A model generated the notes under the pieces. It did no database searches. It saw nothing but the letters and a program-made list of their open reading frames with translations, and had not been told where the DNA came from. A stretch of 64,000 bases of DNA, from positions 176,703 through 240,702 of the forward strand of contig CAZJPE010000001.1 in NCBI GenBank assembly GCA_964547875.1. Direction: 5' to 3'. The position numbers and the translations under genes were made by a program. Positions 1 to 8,605 of this stretch are shown piece by piece; position 1 is the first letter of the stretch; each line of letters opens with the position of its first letter. Origin of the DNA: Candidatus Woesearchaeota archaeon (GTDB lineage: Archaea > Nanobdellota > Nanobdellia > Pacearchaeales > GW2011-AR1).

Positions 1-889
1 CATGTGTTAAGGATTTTCCTTCTTCTCTTAATTTATTTGAATCTCTAATTGTAGATTTTAGAGTTTGCAAGAGTTTTTCTTCATTGGATTCGTCAATTAA
101 ATTTGCGTCAAATTCGTTATAAGCTATTCCTGCGCTCTCAATCATGTGTCCATCTGAATTCGCTACATAAGGAAGATTGTTTGCCATAGCAAATGCCTTA
201 GCTTTATCATTGTTTTCTCTTGTATATTTTCCTATTTTAGGAACATTTTTCCAAATTTTTCCAAAACGAATTTGCGCATTATGTCCTTCTACGAAATCCA
301 CTTTGTTCGTATACTCCTTTGCTCTTTCCAAACCAATTCCAAAATGTGCTTCCAGAGAGGGATGTTCAAAGCCATGCAGTAAACCTTTATCATTACAATA
401 ATTAATTGTGTCCTCAAGAGTTTTTAAACTAGTGTTATCAATAGAATTTGGCACTTGATCAGAGCCAATAACTAAATGGTCAAATCTTATAATTTTATCT
501 CCTGAAATTTTTTCTTTAATAATAGGTGTTTGGCCTGATATTAAATAAAGTGTTTTTTTGCCTTTCTCGTCTTCTTTTTCTACAATTATTGAATTATTTC
601 CAAACTTGTCTGCATGATATCCTTCATAATATTTATTGAGATTATTAATGTAAGTTTGGGCAACATAATTAATCCTATCGTGAACTGAATTTAGATAAAT
701 AAGACCCCTTTTATTAACTTGGTCGCTCTCTGATGTAAGTGCGCAGATTGTTATATCTCTCTTGAAACAAGTATCTGCAATTAGTTTAAGGAGATTTTTT
801 CCAGAATATCCTTGAACTCTAAGCCAATAAGGTTCAAAACCTATAGGACCATGATAATGCAAGTCTGCTTTATGCTTTTGAGATGCCAT
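1..889 (-). CDS. PHP-domain metal-dependent phosphoesterase (3' end runs off window)
   Basis: Edge ORF, absent from the ORF track. Reverse translation from the ATG at 889-887 reads MASQKHKADLHYHGPIGFEPYW and stays open to the window edge. DLHYH, EGHN and SDGH motifs fit the PHP fold. Consensus promoter motif at 910-924 (-). Confidence 0.65.
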   Translation of the reverse strand, partial: MASQKHKADLHYHGPIGFEPYWLRVQGYSGKNLLKLIADTCFKRDITICALTSESDQVNKRGLIYLNSVHDRINYVAQTYINNLNKYYEGYHADKFGNNSIIVEKEDEKGKKTLYLISGQTPIIKEKISGDKIIRFDHLVIGSDQVPNSIDNTSLKTLEDTINYCNDKGLLHGFEHPSLEAHFGIGLERAKEYTNKVDFVEGHNAQIRFGKIWKNVPKIGKYTRENNDKAKAFAMANNLPYVANSDGHMIESAGIAYNEFDANLIDESNEEKLLQTLKSTIRDSNKLREEGKSLTH

Positions 890-909
890 AAAATTTAAAT
901 TTCTGTTAA

Positions 910-924
910 GTATATAAATCTTTC
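910..924 (-). promoter_or_regulatory. BRE/TATA-like consensus promoter motif (gaaagatttatatac on minus strand)
   Basis: Matches the recurrent motif. The ATG at 889 lies about 25 nt downstream. Confidence 0.45.
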
Positions 925-1010
925 CCATGTTGCTATTTGAAAGATACTACTAAAACTTATACAAATTTATAAACAAAAAAATTTAAATAATTATCAATTT
1001 AAGAATAAAG

Positions 1011-1694
1011 ATGTCATTCAAAAAATTTGCGAAGGAATTAAATGGAAAAGGCGTTGAAGGCGAGCTTATCAAAACAATTCTTTATTCTTTAATTACTTCA
1101 TTTTTAACTCTTGGAATCCTTTATTTTTTAAAATTTAAAAACATTACAGATTTTATTCCAAAATATGGCTTTTCCCTTTTTTTCTCTGCTCTAAGCTACG
1201 CATTAATCATGCCAACGATAAGGCAGATTAGGGCGTATAAAGAATTGCCATGTATGAGCGGAATGATGGTTGGCATGACAATAGGAATGATATCTGGTTT
1301 CTTGCCTGGTTTTTATGTTGCTTCTACAAATGGAATGTTTATCGGAGGATTTTTCGGAGCTGCTTTAGGGATTGTTATTGGAATTTACAATGGGAAATGC
1401 TGTGGTGTAATGGGAATAATGGAAGGAATAATGGCTGGATTCATGGGAGGATTAATGGGAGCTATGACTGCGTTTATGTTATTTAATGATAATCTGAAAA
1501 TTGCCGCAGTATTAGTCTTTGTAATAGGAGCTGTAATTATGATAGGATTGAATTACATGATTTATAAAGAAACAAAAGAATTAGAAAGAAAATTAGTTGA
1601 AAGCCATTTTTTAACAATATTTTTTACATTTTTATTAATTTCTATTACTACTTGGATTATTGTGTTTGGCCCAAGAAGCGCGATATTTGGATAA
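1011..1694 (+). CDS. Met/Gly-rich polytopic membrane protein (possible metal-related; function unknown)
   Basis: 227-aa ORF with several hydrophobic segments, GxxxG/Met-rich stretches (MSGMMVGMTIGMISGF) and a CC pair. It is immediately followed by a cupredoxin-like gene. Confidence 0.55.
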   Translation: MSFKKFAKELNGKGVEGELIKTILYSLITSFLTLGILYFLKFKNITDFIPKYGFSLFFSALSYALIMPTIRQIRAYKELPCMSGMMVGMTIGMISGFLPGFYVASTNGMFIGGFFGAALGIVIGIYNGKCCGVMGIMEGIMAGFMGGLMGAMTAFMLFNDNLKIAAVLVFVIGAVIMIGLNYMIYKETKELERKLVESHFLTIFFTFLLISITTWIIVFGPRSAIFG

Positions 1695-1724
1695 ATTTAT
1701 ATATTTAATTATAATTATGTAATT

Positions 1725-2117
1725 ATGAGAAATACGACATTAGGAATAATAGCTCTTTTGATAATTGTCTTTGTAGGAGGATATATATTTCTTGGCTCTG
1801 CTAAAACTAACGGGAATTCTATAACAGGGAATGTTGTAAATAATGGAAATAACGGAGAAGTTCAAAAAATAGTTCTAAGCGAAAAGGGACTTAATTATTA
1901 TCCGAATACGATTAATGTAAAAGCAGGAGAGCCTGTAAGCATTTCTTTAGATGAAAAAGTTAAGGGATGTTTAAGGGCGATTACAATTCGTGATTTGGGA
2001 TTGTCTAAATATCTGAAGACGACATTGGATACATTAGATTTTACTCCAACAAAAAAGGGAGCATTTACCATTGCCTGCACAATGGGAATGGGCTATGGGA
2101 AGCTGATTGTTGAATAG
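1725..2117 (+). CDS. Cupredoxin-like domain protein with N-terminal membrane anchor
   Basis: N-terminal hydrophobic helix. C-terminal YYPNTINVKAGEPVSISL...FTIACTMGMGYGKLIVE resembles cupredoxin_1-type small metal-binding domains. Confidence 0.6.
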   Translation: MRNTTLGIIALLIIVFVGGYIFLGSAKTNGNSITGNVVNNGNNGEVQKIVLSEKGLNYYPNTINVKAGEPVSISLDEKVKGCLRAITIRDLGLSKYLKTTLDTLDFTPTKKGAFTIACTMGMGYGKLIVE

Positions 2118-2152
2118 GGCTTAAAATGTTTTTCCTTTCTGAATCAAAAGAA

Positions 2153-3280
2153 TCAACTGGCCTTATGTTCTAACCACATTTTAATTTCCTGAACAATAAC
2201 ATCCAACCTCTTTTTGTCTCTGATATCAGATTCTCGATATACTTTGCATTCAATTCCTTTTTTTGCGTATTCTTCAATAAGTCTTTCAGGAATCCATTTA
2301 TAATCTGGCAATCCTTTCTCTCTACAAAACTCTTCACTGTGCCAATAGCATCCATTAATTTCAATAACTTTAGGTTGCCCCTTAACTTTAAAGTCGGGAA
2401 GTGCAAATCTTCCATCTTCAAGTTTCTTAAACCAGTTGTTCCCTTTCAATCCGGTATAATAGATTTGCCCAGATTGGGCATTCTTCGCATGAGGAACATA
2501 CAATCCATGTTCTTCAAGAGAATTTATAAAAGCATATTCTAAATTATTAGGTGTTCGCTGAGATTTTCTTAATAAATTTTCAATTCGTTGTTCTTTTGGT
2601 AATCCAGATAATGATCCTTTGCGAGCATTCTTAATTCTTTGTTCTGCAGATAATAATGCCAATCCTTTTGGATAAGCTATTATTCCACCCTTTCTTCCAT
2701 TTCCTACTCTTTGTTCCTTTGTAAACTTTGCTAATCCTGCTTTATAACCTAGCTCATTAAATTTCACCCTTTGTTCAGGTGTCAATTGGGACATGGATTT
2801 ATGACCTGTTTGCTGAAACAAGATACGACGCCTGTAATCTATACTTTCCTTGTCAATATTCTCAGAAAGAGTATCTGCTATAGTTTGTGAACAGACCTGA
2901 TAAGACTCTGCTAAGTGGCTATTTGTGGATAATCTTTTTATTCTCCCCTCTTTAAAATCAGTAATTTCTCTTGTAATAAGACCAACTAACTCCTCCGTTT
3001 TTCCACTGAGTTTTTTATGACCCTGATGAGGTTTTCTTTTTTTTGTGCTTTGAGAAAAAAGCTGTTTTGCTCTTTTAAGAAGATCTTCTCTCGATATCAT
3101 ATTATTCCTATTATAGAGCAGATAATTAATATGTGTTTGAGACACATCATACAAAGAAGCTAATTCTTTATTAGGCGTTAATTCTCGGACAGTTCCAGCT
3201 TTATAATTCTCTATTTCTCTCTGAACTCTTTGTATTAATTCTAAACTTTTCTCTAGTGGAATTTCATTTTTTTTCGCCAT
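2153..3280 (-). CDS. Homing-endonuclease-like protein: duplicated N-terminal HTH-like modules, 4 NUMOD3-like repeats, C-terminal Vsr/DUF559-like PD-(D/E)xK nuclease
   Basis: Repeats: LTPEQRVKFNELGYKAG, FTKEQRVGNGRKGG, LSAEQRIKNARKGS, LPKEQRIENLLRKS. C-terminal ALPDFKVKGQPKVIEINGCYWHSEEFC matches the Vsr-type PD...IE..GC(F/Y)WH core. Confidence 0.65.
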   Translation of the reverse strand: MAKKNEIPLEKSLELIQRVQREIENYKAGTVRELTPNKELASLYDVSQTHINYLLYNRNNMISREDLLKRAKQLFSQSTKKRKPHQGHKKLSGKTEELVGLITREITDFKEGRIKRLSTNSHLAESYQVCSQTIADTLSENIDKESIDYRRRILFQQTGHKSMSQLTPEQRVKFNELGYKAGLAKFTKEQRVGNGRKGGIIAYPKGLALLSAEQRIKNARKGSLSGLPKEQRIENLLRKSQRTPNNLEYAFINSLEEHGLYVPHAKNAQSGQIYYTGLKGNNWFKKLEDGRFALPDFKVKGQPKVIEINGCYWHSEEFCREKGLPDYKWIPERLIEEYAKKGIECKVYRESDIRDKKRLDVIVQEIKMWLEHKAS

Positions 3281-3376
3281 TTTATCTTTTATAATAGTAT
3301 CACGATGACTTTATAAATCTTACTATATTAACTACTAATTAGTTAATACAAGAGAGGGGATTTAAAGGATTTGAAG

Positions 3377-3390
3377 AAAGATTTATAAAA
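3377..3390 (+). promoter_or_regulatory. Consensus promoter motif aaagatttataaaa
   Basis: ATG of 3410 ORF about 25 nt downstream. Confidence 0.45.
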
Positions 3391-3409
3391 CTTAAATATA
3401 TCACTCAAT

Positions 3410-3685
3410 ATGGCAAAGAAAAAAACCTCTCTTGAGAATGAAGGATGGTCTCTAGTTGGAATGCATAAAGAAAACCGCTTAGAAGCCAATTTAATTAGAA
3501 CTGAAATAAGAGGGAATACTACAATAAGAACATATCAAGAATATAATATAACAGTAGAAGTTGCTCAATATAGAAAAGGTAAAGAAACTAAGAGATTAGA
3601 AGAAATAAAAGAAAAGATATTCCGAAGAGAGTATAAAGAGGAATCTGGTTTTTTTCAATCTGTTTCAGGAGATTATAATAAATAG
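3410..3685 (+). CDS. Hypothetical protein
   Basis: 91-aa ORF with a consensus promoter at the correct distance. No recognisable domain. Confidence 0.5.
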   Translation: MAKKKTSLENEGWSLVGMHKENRLEANLIRTEIRGNTTIRTYQEYNITVEVAQYRKGKETKRLEEIKEKIFRREYKEESGFFQSVSGDYNK

Positions 3686-3728
3686 TTCTATTTCTTTAAA
3701 TTTTAAACTTGATTATACAAAGATTTAA

Positions 3729-3767
3729 ATATACCTAAAATATATAGATATATACCTAAAATATATA
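3729..3767 (+). promoter_or_regulatory. Tandem direct repeat 2 x atatacctaaaatatata (21-bp period), candidate operator of downstream TA operon
   Basis: Exact 18-nt copies at 3729-3746 and 3750-3767, between a promoter motif (3719-3733) and the ATG at 3778. Confidence 0.55.
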
Positions 3768-3777
3768 AATTAATAGA

Positions 3778-4044
3778 ATGAAGACACAAAATCAGATATC
3801 ACACTCGCCAACACTAAATACAGTATTAATGGTAGAGAGAACCTTAAAAGACGCAAAAGAAGTTATAACTCTAGCCGAGCTAAAAAGAAGACTTCCTAAA
3901 AAAGTGATGCATCAAACACTTCTTCAAATTTTTGATTATCTTCAATTTAGCGGTAAGATAATAATTGGAACAAAAGGTATTCTCTGGATATACGCGGAAA
4001 GAAAAGAACTAAATTTGTTAATTAGTAAAGGTCTTGAAATATGA
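3778..4044 (+). CDS. Putative antitoxin (partner of RelE/ParE-like toxin)
   Basis: 88-aa ORF whose stop overlaps the toxin start (ATGA at 4041-4044). The call rests on position only. Confidence 0.5.
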   Translation: MKTQNQISHSPTLNTVLMVERTLKDAKEVITLAELKRRLPKKVMHQTLLQIFDYLQFSGKIIIGTKGILWIYAERKELNLLISKGLEI

Positions 4045-4400
4045 ATAAAACTATTAGAGTAATTCTCATTGATAATGCAAAAGAGGAATATAGTAGATTG
4101 AATATGATAGTTGGATATCAAACCAATGCAGGAAAAATGAATACAAATGAAATGCAATTATTAAAATCAATACGACAAAAAATAGAGCTAATAAAGGCAA
4201 ACCCTTTTTATGGGGATAATATTAAAAAACATTTAATTCCAAAAGAATATAATGTTGATAATCTATGGAGAGTTGAATTAAGTCAATTTTGGAGAATGCT
4301 ATATACTATAAAGGGAGATCAAATAGAGGTTATTTGTTTTATTCTTAATATAATAGATCATCTAACATATGATAAAATATTTGGATATAGAAAAAGATGA
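4041..4400 (+). CDS. RelE/ParE-family toxin
   Basis: C-terminal pattern IKANPFYGDNIKKHLIPKEY...LWRVELSQFWRMLYTIKGDQIEVICFILNIIDHLTYDK is typical of RelE/YoeB-like toxins. Confidence 0.7.
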   Translation: MNKTIRVILIDNAKEEYSRLNMIVGYQTNAGKMNTNEMQLLKSIRQKIELIKANPFYGDNIKKHLIPKEYNVDNLWRVELSQFWRMLYTIKGDQIEVICFILNIIDHLTYDKIFGYRKR

Positions 4401-4840
4401 GGCGCGTTTTTAAAAAACCATATTTATATTTTACAATTGGAATTTTTTTATTATATTTGTTAGTAAACTTTTTAATTAGCGGATTTTATGATACTATTCC
4501 TTTGATAATTGCTTATGCTAATAATGTGAATTGGTTAAAATTGGGACTATCTTTAATTTTATCATTAATTATAGGAATTTTAGTTGCTGTTAATGGTGTT
4601 TATGTTTACATAAAACATAGAGAAAGAAAAGAATGTACTGGCGGAGGGACAATTGCAGGAGCTGGAACTCTTGGCGGGCTTTTAACTGGTTTTTGCCCAC
4701 TCTGTATAACTGGATTATTTCCTCTGATATTTGGATTGTTTGGAGTTTCTTTTTCTCTGGCTTCATTGCCTTTTCAGGGCATAGAGATACAACTGGCTGT
4801 TATTGTTCTGTTAGCGATTAGCTTGAAGATGCTTAGATAA
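4397..4840 (+). CDS. Membrane protein with intramembrane CPLC motif (possible metal handling)
   Basis: 147 aa, hydrophobic, with the motif GGLLTGFCPLCITGLFPL. Its start overlaps the RelE stop (ATGA 4397-4400). Confidence 0.55.
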   Translation: MRRVFKKPYLYFTIGIFLLYLLVNFLISGFYDTIPLIIAYANNVNWLKLGLSLILSLIIGILVAVNGVYVYIKHRERKECTGGGTIAGAGTLGGLLTGFCPLCITGLFPLIFGLFGVSFSLASLPFQGIEIQLAVIVLLAISLKMLR

Positions 4841-4850
4841 TTGAAAGCAG

Positions 4851-4866
4851 GAAGATTTATATATTA
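4851..4866 (+). promoter_or_regulatory. Consensus promoter motif gaagatttatatatta
   Basis: ATG of the ArsR gene (4886) lies about 25 nt downstream. Confidence 0.45.
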
Positions 4867-4885
4867 ATATGTATTCTATTATCAT

Positions 4886-5272
4886 ATGATAAATAAGAGC
4901 ATATTGAGACTTTGCCATAAAGAAGGATTTAAAGAGGGAGAATTATGCGAAGCATATAAAATCTTTTTTGGCACTTTGGTTTCTGAGCCGCGATTGAACA
5001 TCATAAATTTATTAAGGAAGGGCAAAAAAAATGTCTCTGAAATTATGGAAGGACTTGGTATGGATCAGACTTCTGTTTCACATAATTTAGCAAGATTGAA
5101 GCTCTGCGGTTTTGTAAACTCGGAAATAGAGGGAAAGTATAGGTATTATAAGATTAACGAAGAGACGATTAAACCATTAATGGAAATAATTGAAAGTCAC
5201 ATGTCTCAATATTGCATTCATATTTTAAGAGCAATGAGAAATCAGGCTGAAATGAAAGGAGGTGCAAAATGA
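4886..5272 (+). CDS. ArsR/SmtB-family metalloregulator
   Basis: PRLNIINLLRKGKKNVSEIMEGLGMDQTSVSHNLARLKLCGFV is a canonical ArsR wHTH. Confidence 0.85.
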   Translation: MINKSILRLCHKEGFKEGELCEAYKIFFGTLVSEPRLNIINLLRKGKKNVSEIMEGLGMDQTSVSHNLARLKLCGFVNSEIEGKYRYYKINEETIKPLMEIIESHMSQYCIHILRAMRNQAEMKGGAK

Positions 5273-5541
5273 AAACTGAAAATTTAGTATTAATGATAGT
5301 CTTAATCATACTTGCACTATTTGTCTTCAGCAATTTATTTGGATATGGAACAAGAGGCTATAATTACGGGATGATGGGCATGATGAACAATTTCTTCGGG
5401 GGATTTGGCTTTATGTGGCTTTATGGCTCGCTATTCATGATTTTGATTTTTGTAGCATTAGTGCTCTTTGTAGTCTGGCTTGTCAGGCAATTGCAACAAC
5501 CACAACATTTGTCTCGTCAAGAGATTAGGAGAAGAAGATAA
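5269..5541 (+). CDS. Small membrane protein
   Basis: 90 aa with two hydrophobic helices and a Gly/Met-rich loop. ATGA overlap with the arsR stop. Confidence 0.5.
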   Translation: MKTENLVLMIVLIILALFVFSNLFGYGTRGYNYGMMGMMNNFFGGFGFMWLYGSLFMILIFVALVLFVVWLVRQLQQPQHLSRQEIRRRR

Positions 5542-5655
5542 ATGGTAAAAGAAACTAATTATAGAGACGGGGAAATTGCTGAAAAATGCCAGAACTGGTG
5601 TGAAAAATATAAAAGCTATAATTTAAAATTTGTTAAACATGCTATAAAATTGTAA
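5542..5655 (+). CDS. Unannotated 37-aa CxxC micro-ORF (MVKETNYRDGEIAEKCQNWCEKYKSYNLKFVKHAIKL)
   Basis: Read by hand. The ATG directly follows the stop at 5541. CQNWC motif, located inside the metal operon, and below the ORF-track size cutoff. Confidence 0.3.
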   Translation: MVKETNYRDGEIAEKCQNWCEKYKSYNLKFVKHAIKL

Positions 5656-5662
5656 GAAAAAA

Positions 5663-5881
5663 ATGAAGAAACTAAAACTAACTATATTGGGAATGCACTG
5701 CGCTTCATGCGCTTCTAATATAGAAAGAAGCTTGAAAAAGGTTAATGGCGTGAGGGGCGCATCTGTAAGCTTAATGACAAAAAAAGGATTTGTTGAGGCA
5801 GAGGATTCTGTTTCAGATGACGAGTTAAAAAAAGCAGTTACAAGAACAGGATATAAACTAATTAGTATTGAAAAAGAATAA
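5663..5881 (+). CDS. copZ: HMA-domain copper chaperone (CopZ-like)
   Basis: GMHCASCASNIERSLKKVNGV metal-binding loop and beta-alpha-beta-beta-alpha-beta length. Confidence 0.85.
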   Translation: MKKLKLTILGMHCASCASNIERSLKKVNGVRGASVSLMTKKGFVEAEDSVSDDELKKAVTRTGYKLISIEKE

Positions 5882-5882
5882 A

Positions 5883-7838
5883 ATGGATCATGGACATCAT
5901 GAAACAAAGGTTGATGAGAATCTAGAAGATATTGAGATGAGGACATGGCTAAAAAGAATGATTTTTGGCTGGATATTCGCAATACCTGTCGCAATAATAA
6001 TGCTTTCTGAAAGAATATTTGGACTTATGATTATTCCAGAGCAATATTTTGTAATTGTTTTATTGCTCTTGGCATTTCCTGTTGTTTTTATTTTTGGCTG
6101 GGAAACTATCAGAGGAGGAATGCGCGGACTTTTCACATTTTATTTTAACATGGATTCGTTGATTGCTTTAGGGACAGTCATTGCCTATATTACAGGCATA
6201 TTAAGTTTTATAGGCATAGTTGATGACTATTCTGGCGTTGCTGCAATGATAATGGCGTTTTTCATCACAGGAAAATATGTTGAAAGCAAGGCGAGGGGAA
6301 GGGCATCTCAAGAAATAAGAAAATTGCTTGAATTAGGAGCAAAAAAAGCGAGAGTTTTGAGAAATAGGAAAGAAATGGAAATACTAATTTCTGATGTTAA
6401 AGTAGGAGACATTATGATTATAAAACCTGGCGAGAAAATCCCGACTGATGGAATTGTGATTAAAGGCGAGAGTGCTATTGACGAGAGCATGATAAGCGGA
6501 GAGAGCATGCCTGCAGAAAAAAGAGCAAAGAGCAATGTTATTGGAGCAACAATCAATCAGGATGGAATTTTATATGTAAAGGCAACGAAAATAGGGAAAG
6601 ATACTTTTTTAGCTCATATTATAAAGTTAGTTGAAGAAGCCCAAGGCACAAAGGTTCCGATACAAAAATTAGCCGATAGAATAACTAGTATTTTTGTGCC
6701 TATGATTTTAATTATTGCGATTTTAACATTTATAGCATGGTGGTATTTTTCAGGGAATTTAAGCACGGCAATTGGAGTTGGAGTGGCTGTACTAGTTATA
6801 GCATGCCCTTGTGCATTGGGGTTAGCAACGCCGACTGCTTTGATGGTTGGCTCTGGAATGGGAGCAAGAAGGGGAATATTGTTCAGAAAAGGCGAAGCAA
6901 TCCAGACAATGAAAGAAGTGAAGATAGTTGTGTTTGACAAAACAGGGACAATTACTAAAGGAAAGCCAGAAGTTAGGGAAATATATTCAAAAATCAGAGA
7001 ATCTAATTTACTGGAGATTGCTGCGTCTTTGGAAAAACTTAGCGAGCATCCAATTGCTAAGGCAATTGTTGAAAAAGCGAAACAGAGAAAATACAAGGAT
7101 GTCGAGAAATTTAATATATTAAGAGGAAGGGGTGTAGAAGGTTTTATAGGTAAAAATAAGATAATTATTGGGAATTCTACATTGATGAAAGAGAGGAAGA
7201 TTTCATTAAATGGATTTGAAGAAATAATACAAAAATTTGAGAATTCTGGCTATACTACAATGATTGTATCTGAAAAAGAAAAACCAATAGGAGTTATAGG
7301 AGTGGCTGATTCTGTTAAAGACGATTCTGTTGAAGCGATAAACGCATTGAAAAATAGGGGCTATAAAACAATTATGATTACGGGAGACAATGAAAGAACT
7401 GCAAAGGCGATTGCAAAAGAGGTTGGAATAGATGAAGTTATCGCAAATGTCCTGCCAGAGGATAAAGCAAAAAAATTAGAGGAATTGCAGAAGCAAGGAA
7501 TGACTGCGTTTGTTGGGGACGGAATTAATGATGCCCCTGCATTGAAGCAGGCAAATGTGGGAATTGCAATGGGCAGCGGAACAGATATTGCTATTGAGTC
7601 AGGAGATATAGTTTTAGTTAAGGGCTCTTTAACAGGAGTTGTTCAGGCAATTAATTTATCAAAGGCTACTTTTAGGAAGATAAAGCAAAATTTGTTCTGG
7701 GCATTTGCTTATAACGTTATAGCTATTCCGTTGGCTGTTGCAGGATTATTGCATCCTGTAATTGCAGAGATTGCTATGGCTCTTTCTTCTGTGACAGTTG
7801 TAACTAATGCGAATTTGCTGAGGCGAGCGAGAATTTAA
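5883..7838 (+). CDS. copA: Copper-translocating P1B-type ATPase
   Basis: CPC motif (ACPCALGLATP), DKTGTIT phosphorylation site, TGDN, GDGINDAP. The track ORF starts at TTG 5868, but ATG 5883 (MDHGHHE) is preferred. Confidence 0.92.
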   Translation: MDHGHHETKVDENLEDIEMRTWLKRMIFGWIFAIPVAIIMLSERIFGLMIIPEQYFVIVLLLLAFPVVFIFGWETIRGGMRGLFTFYFNMDSLIALGTVIAYITGILSFIGIVDDYSGVAAMIMAFFITGKYVESKARGRASQEIRKLLELGAKKARVLRNRKEMEILISDVKVGDIMIIKPGEKIPTDGIVIKGESAIDESMISGESMPAEKRAKSNVIGATINQDGILYVKATKIGKDTFLAHIIKLVEEAQGTKVPIQKLADRITSIFVPMILIIAILTFIAWWYFSGNLSTAIGVGVAVLVIACPCALGLATPTALMVGSGMGARRGILFRKGEAIQTMKEVKIVVFDKTGTITKGKPEVREIYSKIRESNLLEIAASLEKLSEHPIAKAIVEKAKQRKYKDVEKFNILRGRGVEGFIGKNKIIIGNSTLMKERKISLNGFEEIIQKFENSGYTTMIVSEKEKPIGVIGVADSVKDDSVEAINALKNRGYKTIMITGDNERTAKAIAKEVGIDEVIANVLPEDKAKKLEELQKQGMTAFVGDGINDAPALKQANVGIAMGSGTDIAIESGDIVLVKGSLTGVVQAINLSKATFRKIKQNLFWAFAYNVIAIPLAVAGLLHPVIAEIAMALSSVTVVTNANLLRRARI

Positions 7839-7839
7839 T

Positions 7840-8367
7840 CTATCCCGCAATACCCTTTAATGTATAGCCAACAAAAAAAGCAATCAGCGCCGCAATTCCG
7901 CCAATAATTAAAGTTTCTAAGGCGGATTTAAATTTGCTTTTCTCTGTGATTTTGCCTTTGACAGAACCGACTATAATAAAAGCTATTCCTGTTAGTATTA
8001 TGGAAAACATAAACTCATTATTGTTGAAAGCAGGAAAGAATAAAGCAAAGATAAAAGATATTAGAGGGATGAAGCCTATCAATACAAATGCTATGAAAGT
8101 TGCCAGCGCTGTTTTCTTTGGATCTTTTTGATTATGCTCGTGCTGATGCTTTAAATTCAGCTCTTTCTGCGATTTAGTTGAGAGATAATTTGAAATAGCC
8201 ATTGAAAATCCGTCTGCGAACAAATTTGCAAATCCTAAAATTAATATTATTGAAGAGCTTAAGGACGCGCCTAACGAGCCTGCAACAATTGCAAATGTCG
8301 TGATTATTCCGTCAATTGCGCCATAAACAAATTCAGGAAGATATCTTCTTTCAAGACTCTTTTTCAT
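7840..8367 (-). CDS. VIT1/CCC1-family iron/manganese transporter
   Basis: EFVYGAIDGIITTFAIVAGSLGA and five hydrophobic helices. Confidence 0.8.
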   Translation of the reverse strand: MKKSLERRYLPEFVYGAIDGIITTFAIVAGSLGASLSSSIILILGFANLFADGFSMAISNYLSTKSQKELNLKHQHEHNQKDPKKTALATFIAFVLIGFIPLISFIFALFFPAFNNNEFMFSIILTGIAFIIVGSVKGKITEKSKFKSALETLIIGGIAALIAFFVGYTLKGIAG

Positions 8368-8605
8368 TATTAAATAAATGAGCTTTTATTAATAAATCTA
8401 TTCCAAATGTCAAATCTAATTTATATTTTAACTAAAGTACATTCAATCAATCTCAAATTGTATCTTCTCGTTATTTCTGTTATTAATGGATATATTAATC
8501 TTTATGATTTTAGCTTTTCTTTGTATAAAAACAAAGGTATAAATAATTATAACGAGAGAGCAAAATATAGCTAAAGACAAACTGATAAATTACTTCAGTC
8601 TTTTG

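Noticed and set aside
5861-5890. Programmed ribosomal frameshift joining copZ and copA
   Set aside because: The pump frame is +1 relative to the HMA frame. The A-run could support -1 slippage, but that lands in the wrong frame. No recognisable +1 site is present.
6614-7096. Long antisense or alternative-frame track ORFs inside well-supported genes (e.g. 6614-7096, 15096-15560, 15681-16052, 31126-31509, 33580-34158, 22611-22883, 11552-11839, 1250-1486, 46634-46978)
   Set aside because: These are shadow ORFs typical of AT-rich, codon-biased genes. They have Ser/Leu/Ile/Phe-rich compositions and overlap genes with clear homology signatures.
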